DNA of 63,592 bases from Clostridia bacterium (GTDB taxonomy: Bacteria > Bacillota > Clostridia > TANB77 > CAG-508). A program made the translations under genes and the position numbers. Of the stretch, positions 31,155-38,727 are shown one piece after another. Below the pieces are notes generated by a model that was given only the letters and a program-made list of their open reading frames with translations, was not told the DNA's origin and made no database searches. Every line of letters starts with the position of its first letter. The first letter of the stretch is position 1. Location of the stretch: NCBI GenBank assembly GCA_900753245.1, contig CAADYJ010000013.1, positions 1 through 63,592 on the forward strand, given 5' to 3'.

Positions 31155-31289
31155 TTATTTTTTAGGTTTAGATTTTGAATAATAAGCACAATTGTTATTT
31201 GGACTTACTTTTTGTTCTGAAATGCATTCCAAAGAGCATTTACCGTCTTTTTGATAAATACAATTTGAAGAACAATTTATATTAGTCAA
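31155..31289 (-). CDS. Possible 44-aa cysteine-rich protein (DUF1540-like pattern)
   Basis: TTG start 5-6 nt after AGAGGTGG. My translation: (M)TNINCSSNCIYQKDGKCSLECISEQKVSPNNNCAYYSKSKPKK. Lies 28 nt downstream of nth on the same strand. Confidence 0.35.
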   Translation of the reverse strand: MTNINCSSNCIYQKDGKCSLECISEQKVSPNNNCAYYSKSKPKK

Positions 31290-31317
31290 TCATACCACCT
31301 CTTTATAGGTTATTATG

Positions 31318-31959
31318 CTAATATGTAGAAAAAATATACTGAAATCTGCAAAATTTAGATATAGGGCAAATGCTACATTTTGGATTTCTGGCAGTACAAA
31401 TATTTCTTCCGTGCCACATAAATATATGATTAACATCTCTATAATATTCTTTTGGAATTTGTTTTAATAAATCTTGTTCGACTCTTTCAGGTCTATATTC
31501 AAAAGAAAGACCAAGTCTATATGAAATTCTTCTACAATGAGTATCAACAGCTATTCCTTGTGGAGAATTAAAAGCCTCTAACATAATTACATTAGCACTT
31601 TTTCTTCCAATTCCAGGAAGCAAAACTAATTCTTCAATTGTATTTGGAACTTTACCATTAAATTTATCAACAAGAATTTTTGAAGTATTTTTTATATTTT
31701 TTGCTTTTACTTTGTAAAAACCACAAGGATGTATTAAATTTTCCAAAACAGATAATTCAATATTGTTAAAGTCTTCAGGAGTAGAATAATTTTTGAATAT
31801 ATTTGGAGTTGTTTTATTAACTCGTTCATCTGTACATTGTGCAGAAAGCATTACAGCTACTAACAATTCAAATGGGGTAGAGAAATTTAAACTACATTTT
31901 GCATCTGGATAATAATTTTTTAGAATATTAATGACAGTTATTACATCTTTTTTTTCCAT
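31318..31959 (-). CDS. nth: Endonuclease III
   Basis: 213 aa with an HhH-GPD motif (LPGIGRKSANV) and a 4Fe-4S cluster loop CTARNPKCSICPISKFC. Confidence 0.9.
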   Translation of the reverse strand: MEKKDVITVINILKNYYPDAKCSLNFSTPFELLVAVMLSAQCTDERVNKTTPNIFKNYSTPEDFNNIELSVLENLIHPCGFYKVKAKNIKNTSKILVDKFNGKVPNTIEELVLLPGIGRKSANVIMLEAFNSPQGIAVDTHCRRISYRLGLSFEYRPERVEQDLLKQIPKEYYRDVNHIFMWHGRNICTARNPKCSICPISKFCRFQYIFSTY

Positions 31960-32084
31960 TAAAATCTCCTTTAAAAAATATATATTTATTAAGTTTATTA
32001 AAACATAATGAGTTTATTTTTTCAAGTAATATAGTAACAAAATTAATATAAAAAAATATAATATAACAAAGGAGGTAATAGATT

Positions 32085-32234
32085 ATGTTGTGTGCATTAA
32101 AGAAAACAATAGGAGTATGCTTAATAGGAATAGGTCTAGGGGTATTGTTAGTTTTATTACTTCCTATTACAGGTTGGCTATTTCTAGTAGGAGCAGCAGT
32201 GCTAGCCATTGGTTTAATGTGGTTATTTTGTTAA
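32085..32234 (+). CDS. Possible 49-aa membrane peptide
   Basis: AAGGAGG RBS. My translation: MLCALKKTIGVCLIGIGLGVLLVLLLPITGWLFLVGAAVLAIGLMWLFC. Confidence 0.35.
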   Translation: MLCALKKTIGVCLIGIGLGVLLVLLLPITGWLFLVGAAVLAIGLMWLFC

Positions 32235-32260
32235 ATAAAAATAAAGGAGAGTGTGAAGAT

Positions 32261-32338
32261 ATGACAATTGTTGTGAAAAAAGTTCCAAAATTTTTAAGAG
32301 GATTTGTAAAATTGATATTTGGGATTAAAGAAAAATAA
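32261..32338 (+). CDS. spoVM: Stage V sporulation protein M (25 aa)
   Basis: MTIVVKKVPKFLRGFVKLIFGIKEK resembles B. subtilis SpoVM (MKFYTIKLPKFLGGIVRAMLGSFRKD, recalled from memory). AAAGGAG RBS. Adjacent to rpmB, as in B. subtilis. Confidence 0.7.
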   Translation: MTIVVKKVPKFLRGFVKLIFGIKEK

Positions 32339-32362
32339 AAACTACATAAGAAAAACAAAAAT

Positions 32363-32414
32363 AAAATAGGTCAAATCAAAAGAATTAGAAATTCTTCTCA
32401 TTTGACCTATTTTA
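32363..32414. terminator. Bidirectional terminator between spoVM and rpmB
   Basis: AAAATAGGTCAAAT..ATTTGACCTATTTT. Confidence 0.7.
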
Positions 32415-32484
32415 TTTTACTATTTCTTAAGAAAATTTAGTATTAAAAAGTAGTATGCATCCTACTTTAATATATATTCACTAA

Positions 32485-32682
32485 TTAAGCTCTATTTACT
32501 TTTCCAGAACGTAAACATTTTGAACATACAGACATTTTCTTTACTTGTCCGTCTACAACTGCTTTAACGCTTCTTACGTTTGGTTTAAATGTTCTAGTTG
32601 CTCTTCTACTAACGTGTGAACGTGCAATACTAATTTTATTTCCATGAGATAGTGTTTTTTCGCAAATTTCACATTTTGCCAT
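32485..32682 (-). CDS. rpmB: 50S ribosomal protein L28
   Basis: MAKCEICEKT..; ATG follows an AGGAGGTG RBS. Confidence 0.9.
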   Translation of the reverse strand: MAKCEICEKTLSHGNKISIARSHVSRRATRTFKPNVRSVKAVVDGQVKKMSVCSKCLRSGKVNRA

Positions 32683-32933
32683 TTTTAGCACCTCCTATTA
32701 GTTTTAATAAAATTGACTATTTATAATATTAACACACAATGGAAATAAAATCAAGTATTTTGACAAAAATATTTACTATAACTATTGAATTGTATAATTT
32801 GAGATAAACTTATTAGAAAAATAAAAAAGTTTGAAAAAAACATGTTTTAAGTATAATATATAGGTAACATTAAATTTTTTTAAAATTTATAGGAAAAAGA
32901 GCAAAAAAGACTTAAAATGAGGCAAATTTAATC

Positions 32934-32961
32934 TTGCAAAACTGTAAAAATATGTTATAAT
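32934..32961 (+). promoter_or_regulatory. Strong sigma-A promoter with extended -10 (TTGCAA-16-TGtTATAAT)
   Basis: Read directly from the sequence. It drives the roughly 600-nt untranslated region that precedes 33573. Confidence 0.65.
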
Positions 32962-32967
32962 ACAACT

Positions 32968-33555
32968 GATGGTGCATTATTCTAGTAGCATACATCTGCT
33001 GTGAGGGTGGGGCTAAAAATCCACTAAAGGGCACATCGATGAAGTTTCTTATTTTTGCGCGAAATGCCAGTTTTGTGTGAATGTAGGGAGTAAAGAATTT
33101 AGGGTAATATATAATGGCATATATAGACCCCCTATTTTCGCGGAGGCTTAGAAAAAGTTCTAACGAAGGCTTTTAGAACAACCTTTAAGTAAAACCTATG
33201 TTGAGTGCCAAGACACAAAATACATAGAGTAGCCTGTCTTGAGTGATAATATCGGGATTGTTTAAACATGAAATTATTATTGCAAAAGAGACTAGCAATA
33301 GATTTATAGTATGCAGAAGGAAAACTTCTAGAATGTTTGCTTTAAATTATAAGCAAGGAAATCTGTGGATTAAGGTACGGATTTGAGTGGCGATCTGGTT
33401 TCTACTTGTTACTTTTTAATATAGTAATGAGAAGATATTTTCTTTAAATGGAAACGGCTAAACAGTAATGTTTAGTAGAAAATAGAGAAATTCTTCTAGA
33501 CCTAAACCGTAAAATTTACATAGATTTTTACCATCTAAATATTTTTTTAGAACAA
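32968..33555 (+). ncRNA. Large structured ncRNA, candidate OLE (ornate, large, extremophilic) RNA
   Basis: About 590 nt with no credible ORF and higher GC than its surroundings. Nested long-range helices: 32979..32985/33328..33334, 32988..32993/33309..33314 and 33071..33077/33214..33220. Local hairpin at 33157..33179. Immediately upstream of an OapA-like 4-TM gene. Confidence 0.55.
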
Positions 33556-33572
33556 AAGGAGCAATTTTAAAT

Positions 33573-34127
33573 ATGGCAAATAAGAAAAAAAATAAAAAAG
33601 ATGATTCGGAACTGAGATGGTTTATAATAGTAGTTATAATCACTTTTATTTTATCTGTAATTTTTTCATATATCTGCACAAATGCAATATCTAGTTTAGA
33701 GTTATTTCCTGCATTGATAATTTTGATATTAACAATATTTATAGGAATAGTGTTTGATATAATAGGAGTTGCAGTTACAGTTGCAAAAGAAGAAGAACTT
33801 CATGCTAAAGCTAGCAAAAAAATAAAAGGTGCGAAAACATCAATAAAACTTATAAGGAATTCATCTAAGGTCTCTAATATTTGTGCAGACGTAATAGGAG
33901 ATATATGTGGAGTAATAAGTGGTTCTATAGCAGCGCTTATTACAATAAAAATAACAGAGAAATATAATTTAAACTTTGATTTACAATTCATTATCAGTGC
34001 GATAGTTGCTTCACTTACAGTAGGTGGGAAAGCTTTAGGAAAAGGCATAGCAAAAAGGAATTCAACAAAAATTGTACATATGGTAGGATTAGTACTTGGA
34101 AAGTTTAATTTTAAAGAAAGAGCCTAA
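33573..34127 (+). CDS. oapA: OLE-associated membrane protein OapA-like (4 TM, DxxxD motif)
   Basis: 184 aa with a basic N-terminus, four TM helices and a conserved-looking ADVIGDICG (D106/D110) motif. Positioned directly 3' of the large ncRNA. Confidence 0.55.
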   Translation: MANKKKNKKDDSELRWFIIVVIITFILSVIFSYICTNAISSLELFPALIILILTIFIGIVFDIIGVAVTVAKEEELHAKASKKIKGAKTSIKLIRNSSKVSNICADVIGDICGVISGSIAALITIKITEKYNLNFDLQFIISAIVASLTVGGKALGKGIAKRNSTKIVHMVGLVLGKFNFKERA

Positions 34128-34143
34128 CAGCTCTTTTTTTTGT

Positions 34144-34256
34144 AGGACATTTGGGGACGGGTCAATTTTGCCCTTTACATAAAGTGTAAAATTAAACAAA
34201 AACATATCAATTTAAAATTTTGTAAAGGACAAAATTGACCCGTCCCCAAATGTCCT
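34144..34256. repeat. Inverted pair of family A units flanking a 34-nt AT-rich core (MITE-like, about 113 bp)
   Basis: The left unit AGGACATTTGGGGACGGGTCAATTTTGCCCTTTACA and the right unit TGTAAAGGACAAAATTGACCCGTCCCCAAATGTCCT are reverse complements with one mismatch. Confidence 0.85.
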
Positions 34257-34395
34257 TGGATAATAAAAAACAAAACAAAAATTTGCAAAATTTTAAATGT
34301 TCGCTTGTTTTTTGCATAGCAATGTTATATAGTATGGAACATAGAGAATGAGAATAAGCAGATGTGGTTTGCCTCCATAAAGGAGGTGAGGCGTA

Positions 34396-34515
34396 TGATA
34401 GAAACAGAATTACTAAGTATTATATACATATTGTTTTATGGATTACTAGGGATGACTATCATTACCTTTGCCTTAGTTATAGCGTTAGCAATAATTTTGA
34501 GCAAAAACAAATAAG
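34396..34515 (+). CDS. 39-aa hydrophobic peptide, type I toxin-like
   Basis: AAGGAGGTGA RBS. My translation: MIETELLSIIYILFYGLLGMTIITFALVIALAIILSKNK (single TM, basic tail). The SD can pair with the upstream CCTCC (34372..34388). Confidence 0.5.
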
Positions 34516-34519
34516 CCAA

Positions 34520-34603
34520 TAAAAAAACACATCTGTTCACTTGGCGGTGTAGATGTGTTAAATTTTACACTGGCAAACCACATTTGTGGTTTCTAATTTT
34601 CTA
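34520..34603 (-). ncRNA. Candidate convergent small RNA (about 80 nt), possible antitoxin or regulator
   Basis: On the minus strand a consensus promoter (34610..34638) is followed by the AAACCACAAATGTGGTTT hairpin. Then comes the terminator AACACATCT..AGATGTGTT plus TTTTTTT, a T-run found only on the minus strand. It ends about 5 nt from the stop of the peptide ORF. Confidence 0.45.
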
Positions 34604-34609
34604 CATTTA

Positions 34610-34638
34610 TTATATAATTTTTATAAAAGATTGTCAAT
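34610..34638 (-). promoter_or_regulatory. Consensus sigma-A promoter on the minus strand (TTGACA-17-TATAAT)
   Basis: Minus strand reads GTTATTGACAATCTTTTATAAAAATTATATAATAAATG. It points away from ruvA and toward the small ORF. Confidence 0.55.
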
Positions 34639-34654
34639 AACAAAGGAGAGAATT

Positions 34655-35248
34655 ATGTACGCATATATAAAAGGAAGTTTAGAAGTAAAAACAAGAGGTT
34701 ATATTGTAATAGATGTAAATGGAATAGGTTATAAAATATTTATGTCAGAAACAGCAATAGCAGAGCTAGGAGAAATAGGACAAGTAGTAAAAGTACATAC
34801 ATATTTAAAAGTTAAAGAAGATGAAATGAGCTTATACGGATTTAATACAAATGAAGAACTTCGCATGTTTGAACTATTGTTATCTGTAAGTGGAATAGGT
34901 GCAAAATCAGCAATAAATATATTATCTAATATTACTCCATCAAGTTTTGCATTAGCTGTAATTACAAATGATGTTGCTAAAATAAAGGCACTTCCAGGAA
35001 TTGGTCCAAAAGGAGCGCAAAGAATAATATTAGAACTAAAAGATAAATTAAATAAAGAGCAAGATATAGAAGAAGTAGAAAAGAAAGCAGAAAAAGTAAT
35101 AGATACACAAAAATATAATGAAGCAATTTCAGCACTTCAAGTATTAGGATACAGTAAAAAAGAAATAGAAAAAGCACTTCAAGGAATAAATGAAGAATTA
35201 ACAGTAGAGGAAATAATAAAATTAGGATTAAAAAATTTAGCAAGATAA
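34655..35248 (+). CDS. ruvA: Holliday junction DNA helicase subunit RuvA
   Basis: MYAYIKGSLE.. start after AAAGGAGAG, HhH motifs (GIGAKSA, GIGPKGAQRI) and C-terminal domain III. The ORF-track GTG 34586 extension is discounted. Confidence 0.9.
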   Translation: MYAYIKGSLEVKTRGYIVIDVNGIGYKIFMSETAIAELGEIGQVVKVHTYLKVKEDEMSLYGFNTNEELRMFELLLSVSGIGAKSAINILSNITPSSFALAVITNDVAKIKALPGIGPKGAQRIILELKDKLNKEQDIEEVEKKAEKVIDTQKYNEAISALQVLGYSKKEIEKALQGINEELTVEEIIKLGLKNLAR

Positions 35249-35335
35249 ATTTTTTAAGACAAAATTGAAAATAGAAAAATAGTTTTATAAATTTTTAAGT
35301 TTGTTTTTGAAATTTAGAATTGAAAGGAAGAAAAA

Positions 35336-36580
35336 ATGACAGATTTTAGTAAGCCATTGGCGTACAGAATGAGACCTAAAAATTTAGAAGAATATGTTGG
35401 TCAAAAACATATTTTAGGTCAAGATAAAATTTTATATCGTACAATAAAAGCAGATAGATTATCTAGTATTATTTTATGGGGGCCTCCAGGGTGTGGAAAG
35501 ACATCATTAGCAAGGGTAATAAGCGAAACTACAAAATATAAATTTACAAGAATAAATGCTGTAACAGCAGGAGTAGGAGATATTAAAAATGCAATTACAG
35601 AAGCTAGTAATTTACTTTTAAATCCTACAGGAAAATGTATATTGTTTATAGATGAAATTCATCGCTTTAATAAATTACAACAAGATGCACTTTTACCATA
35701 TGTAGAAAATGGAACAGTAATTTTAATTGGAGCAACTACAGAAAATCCTTATTTTGAGGTAAACAAAGCTTTAATATCTCGTTCTATGGTCGTAAAATTA
35801 GAACCTTTAACAATAGAAAATATATATACAGTATTAAAAAGAGCATTAATAGAACCAGAAGGGCTAGGAAGTTATAAAATAAAAATAGAAGATGAAACAT
35901 TAAGGAAAATTGCTGAGGTTGCAAATGGAGATGTACGTACAGCTTTAAATGGTTTAGAAGTAGCAGTCCTTACTACGAAAGTAAATGGAGAGGGTGTTAT
36001 TGAAATTACACCTGAAATAGCGGCAGATAGTGTACAAAACAGAAAAGCAATTTTTGATAAAAATGGAGATAGCCATTATGACAATATCAGTGCATTTATA
36101 AAATCAATGAGAGGTTCAGATCCAGATGCTGCGGTATTTTATTTAGCAAGAGCTATAAATGGTGGTGAAGACCCTATGTTTTTAGCAAGAAGAATTGTTA
36201 TATGTGCATCTGAAGATGTAGGACTCGCAAATCCAAATGCGCTAGTGGTTGCAAATTCTGCAATGCAAGCAGTTCATATGGTAGGAATGCCAGAAGCAAG
36301 AATAATTTTATCTGAAGCGGCTTTATATGTTGCATTATCACCGAAATCAAATTGTTCCTACAATGCAATAAATAAGGCATTAGAAGATGTAAAAAATAAA
36401 GATACAGGTGATGTTCCTATGCATATAAGAAATGCACCTGCGGAGGGAATGGAACAATTGGGTTATCATGAAGGTTATAAATACCCACATGATTACCCAG
36501 GTCATGTAGTAGAACAACAATACTTGCCAGATAAAATGTTAGGAACAAAATATTATATAAAAGATGACACAATTGAATAA
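35336..36580 (+). CDS. rarA: Replication-associated recombination protein A (RarA/MgsA AAA+ ATPase)
   Basis: 414 aa: ..MRPKNLEEYVGQKHILG.., Walker A GPPGCGKTS, Walker B FIDEIHRFN, and a MgsA C-terminal domain. Confidence 0.9.
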   Translation: MTDFSKPLAYRMRPKNLEEYVGQKHILGQDKILYRTIKADRLSSIILWGPPGCGKTSLARVISETTKYKFTRINAVTAGVGDIKNAITEASNLLLNPTGKCILFIDEIHRFNKLQQDALLPYVENGTVILIGATTENPYFEVNKALISRSMVVKLEPLTIENIYTVLKRALIEPEGLGSYKIKIEDETLRKIAEVANGDVRTALNGLEVAVLTTKVNGEGVIEITPEIAADSVQNRKAIFDKNGDSHYDNISAFIKSMRGSDPDAAVFYLARAINGGEDPMFLARRIVICASEDVGLANPNALVVANSAMQAVHMVGMPEARIILSEAALYVALSPKSNCSYNAINKALEDVKNKDTGDVPMHIRNAPAEGMEQLGYHEGYKYPHDYPGHVVEQQYLPDKMLGTKYYIKDDTIE

Positions 36581-36704
36581 AATATGTATTAAACTATAGA
36601 TTAGTAAAAATATTCTTTAAAGATTATTCTAAATAGAAAATAAAAAGAATTTCTAACAAGACTTAATGCTAGAAATTCTTTTTTTATTACATATTTAATT
36701 TTTA

Positions 36705-37634
36705 TTATTCCTTATCTTTTTTTGAAGATTTTTTATCATCTTTTACAACTTCTTTAATAGCTCCTAAACTACCTAAAGCTGTTGTAGCATCAAATGGAAT
36801 AAATACTTTATTTGCTTCCCCATTTGCGACTTCTTTTAATGCTTCTAATGATTTTAATTGTACTAATTTATCATCAGGATTTGCCTTCATCATTGCATCA
36901 TATACCATATGTATTTCTTCAGCTTTTGCTTCAGCAACTTTCTTAATAGCTTCGGCTTCACCGGCTGCTCTTCTTATTTTAGATTCTTTATCAGCTTCAG
37001 CTTCTAATATAGCAGCTTCTTTTTTACCTTCTGCAAGAGTTATAGCAGATTGTCTTTCACCTTCTGCTTGTAAAATTAAAGCTCTTTTATTTCTTTCTGC
37101 ATTCATTTGTTTTTCCATTGCATCTCTAATATCTGCAGGTGGAGTAATATCTTTAATTTCAACTCTGTCTATTTTACAACCCCATTGATCTGTTGCTTCA
37201 TCTAAGATTACTCTTAATTTATCATTAATAGCATCTCTAGAACTAAATGTTTCATCTAAATCCATTTTACCAACGATATCACGAATAGTTGTAATAGCTA
37301 AGTATTCAATACCTTTCTTTAAACTTTGAATTTCATATACTGCTTTGGCAGGGTCTGTAATTTTGTAGAATACAACTGTGTCAATTGTAATTGTAACATT
37401 ATCTTTTGTGATAACTCCTTGAGGTGGAATGTCCATAGTTTGTTGTTTTAAACTTACAACACTACGTACATGATCGAAAAATGGTATTATAATTGTTAAA
37501 CCAGCATCAGCTATTTTGTGAAATTTACCAAGTCTTTCAATAATATACACCTCAGATTGTCTTACTATTTTAATAGTTTTAAATGCAATAATAAATATAA
37601 TGACAAGAATAATAATTAAAAATCCTATTCCCAT
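36705..37634 (-). CDS. SPFH/band-7 (stomatin-like) membrane protein
   Basis: N-terminal TM plus an SPFH domain and a coiled-coil A/E-rich tail. Start at MGIGFLII after an AGGAGGAAAA RBS. Confidence 0.85.
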   Translation of the reverse strand: MGIGFLIIILVIIFIIAFKTIKIVRQSEVYIIERLGKFHKIADAGLTIIIPFFDHVRSVVSLKQQTMDIPPQGVITKDNVTITIDTVVFYKITDPAKAVYEIQSLKKGIEYLAITTIRDIVGKMDLDETFSSRDAINDKLRVILDEATDQWGCKIDRVEIKDITPPADIRDAMEKQMNAERNKRALILQAEGERQSAITLAEGKKEAAILEAEADKESKIRRAAGEAEAIKKVAEAKAEEIHMVYDAMMKANPDDKLVQLKSLEALKEVANGEANKVFIPFDATTALGSLGAIKEVVKDDKKSSKKDKE

Positions 37635-37704
37635 ATATTTTCCTCCTTTTATTTTGTTTTTATAAAAATACAACTTTTATTTTAGTTGTATAAATATCTA
37701 AAAA

Positions 37705-38154
37705 TTATTTTATAGTAGATTCTTTTTTTATAGGTTCTACTATAGCTTTTACTCCGTCTATTTTTATAATTTTAATTTGAGTTCCTTTTTCTATAACTGA
37801 GTTATCTGTAGTTTTAGCAGACCATGTTTCGCCAGATACTTTTATTTGTCCAATACCATGAGTAGGGTTTATATCTTGAGTAACAATACCTGTTTTGTCA
37901 ATTATTGAAAAAGCATTAGTTTTTAGCTTAATATCTGATTTTGTAATTTTTTTTACAAGAGGCTTTGTAAGAAAAATAAGCAATGTAGAAGAAATTACAA
38001 ATACAGCAGATTGTAAAGCTATATTTCCTGGACATATAAAGCTTACTAACATTGCAATTAATGCACCTATGCCAAACCAAAATACAAAAAATCCTACAGT
38101 AATCATTTCAGCAATAAAGAAGAATCCTGCAATAATTAACCATATATGCCACAT
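37705..38154 (-). CDS. NfeD-family membrane protein (partner of the SPFH protein)
   Basis: 149 aa with 3 TM and a C-terminal OB-fold-like NfeD domain. Lies upstream of the SPFH gene in the same operon. Confidence 0.8.
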   Translation of the reverse strand: MWHIWLIIAGFFFIAEMITVGFFVFWFGIGALIAMLVSFICPGNIALQSAVFVISSTLLIFLTKPLVKKITKSDIKLKTNAFSIIDKTGIVTQDINPTHGIGQIKVSGETWSAKTTDNSVIEKGTQIKIIKIDGVKAIVEPIKKESTIK

Positions 38155-38259
38155 AAAAAAACCTCCTAAATTATAATCATATTTAAATTATACTACAAAT
38201 ATTGGAAAAAATAAATAGATTTGATAAAAATACTTAAAAACAAAAGAAAAAGGAGCAAA

Positions 38260-38526
38260 TTATGCTCCTTTCTCCATAATTAAGGAAATTTTCTCTTCCA
38301 ACTCCTTATATTTTCTTGAATACTTAGCAAGATCTTCATAAGCCTCAAGCCTTGTATCCATATCAGGGGAATCAGGAATTCTAGGAGCAGGTCCTAAAAC
38401 ATCCCGCGGAGAAAATTTTTCACCGGTTTTTCGATATGCTTCATAGCACTCAAAAAATCGAGGTGCAATAGGATTTTTGTATTCCTGTGCCTCGTGTGTG
38501 TAACATACTAATGTAGTATCAGTCAT
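38260..38526 (-). CDS. Hypothetical 88-aa protein, compositionally atypical (higher GC)
   Basis: AGGAGGA RBS and its own terminator hairpin overlapping the stop. Uses CCG/CGG/GCC codons that are rare elsewhere, including an in-frame CGG at 38404..38406. No family recognised. Confidence 0.5.
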   Translation of the reverse strand: MTDTTLVCYTHEAQEYKNPIAPRFFECYEAYRKTGEKFSPRDVLGPAPRIPDSPDMDTRLEAYEDLAKYSRKYKELEEKISLIMEKGA

Positions 38527-38727
38527 AAAATAATCCTCCTTAAATGTAAAATATTAATAGATAAATAAATTATAACATAAATTAACATAAAAGTCAAAAA
38601 CAACGGAAAATAACTTTGGTTTTGCATGTTTTTTAGAAAATGTTATTAGAAATTCAAAATATACACTTTAAAAAGTAGTTTAAATATGATAAAATAAATC
38701 GAATGAAAAAAGAAACGAGGAATAAAC

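Noticed and set aside
32090-32338. 82-aa ORF from the track.
   Set aside because: It lacks an RBS at its start. It spans two separately RBS-led small ORFs (32085..32234 in another frame, and spoVM 32261..32338). Only its last 25 codons look real.
34586-34654. N-terminal extensions offered by the ORF track. These affect ruvA GTG 34586, and also rlmN 24402, HIT 41941, SPFH 37673, carD 43987, hpf 15583, rpsT 15390, rpmB 32691, SASP 16396, mcsA 18826, clpC 20426 and 57587.
   Set aside because: In each case an internal ATG is preceded at 5-9 nt by a strong GGAGG-type RBS and matches the conserved family N-terminus. The upstream GTG or TTG usually lies inside that RBS.
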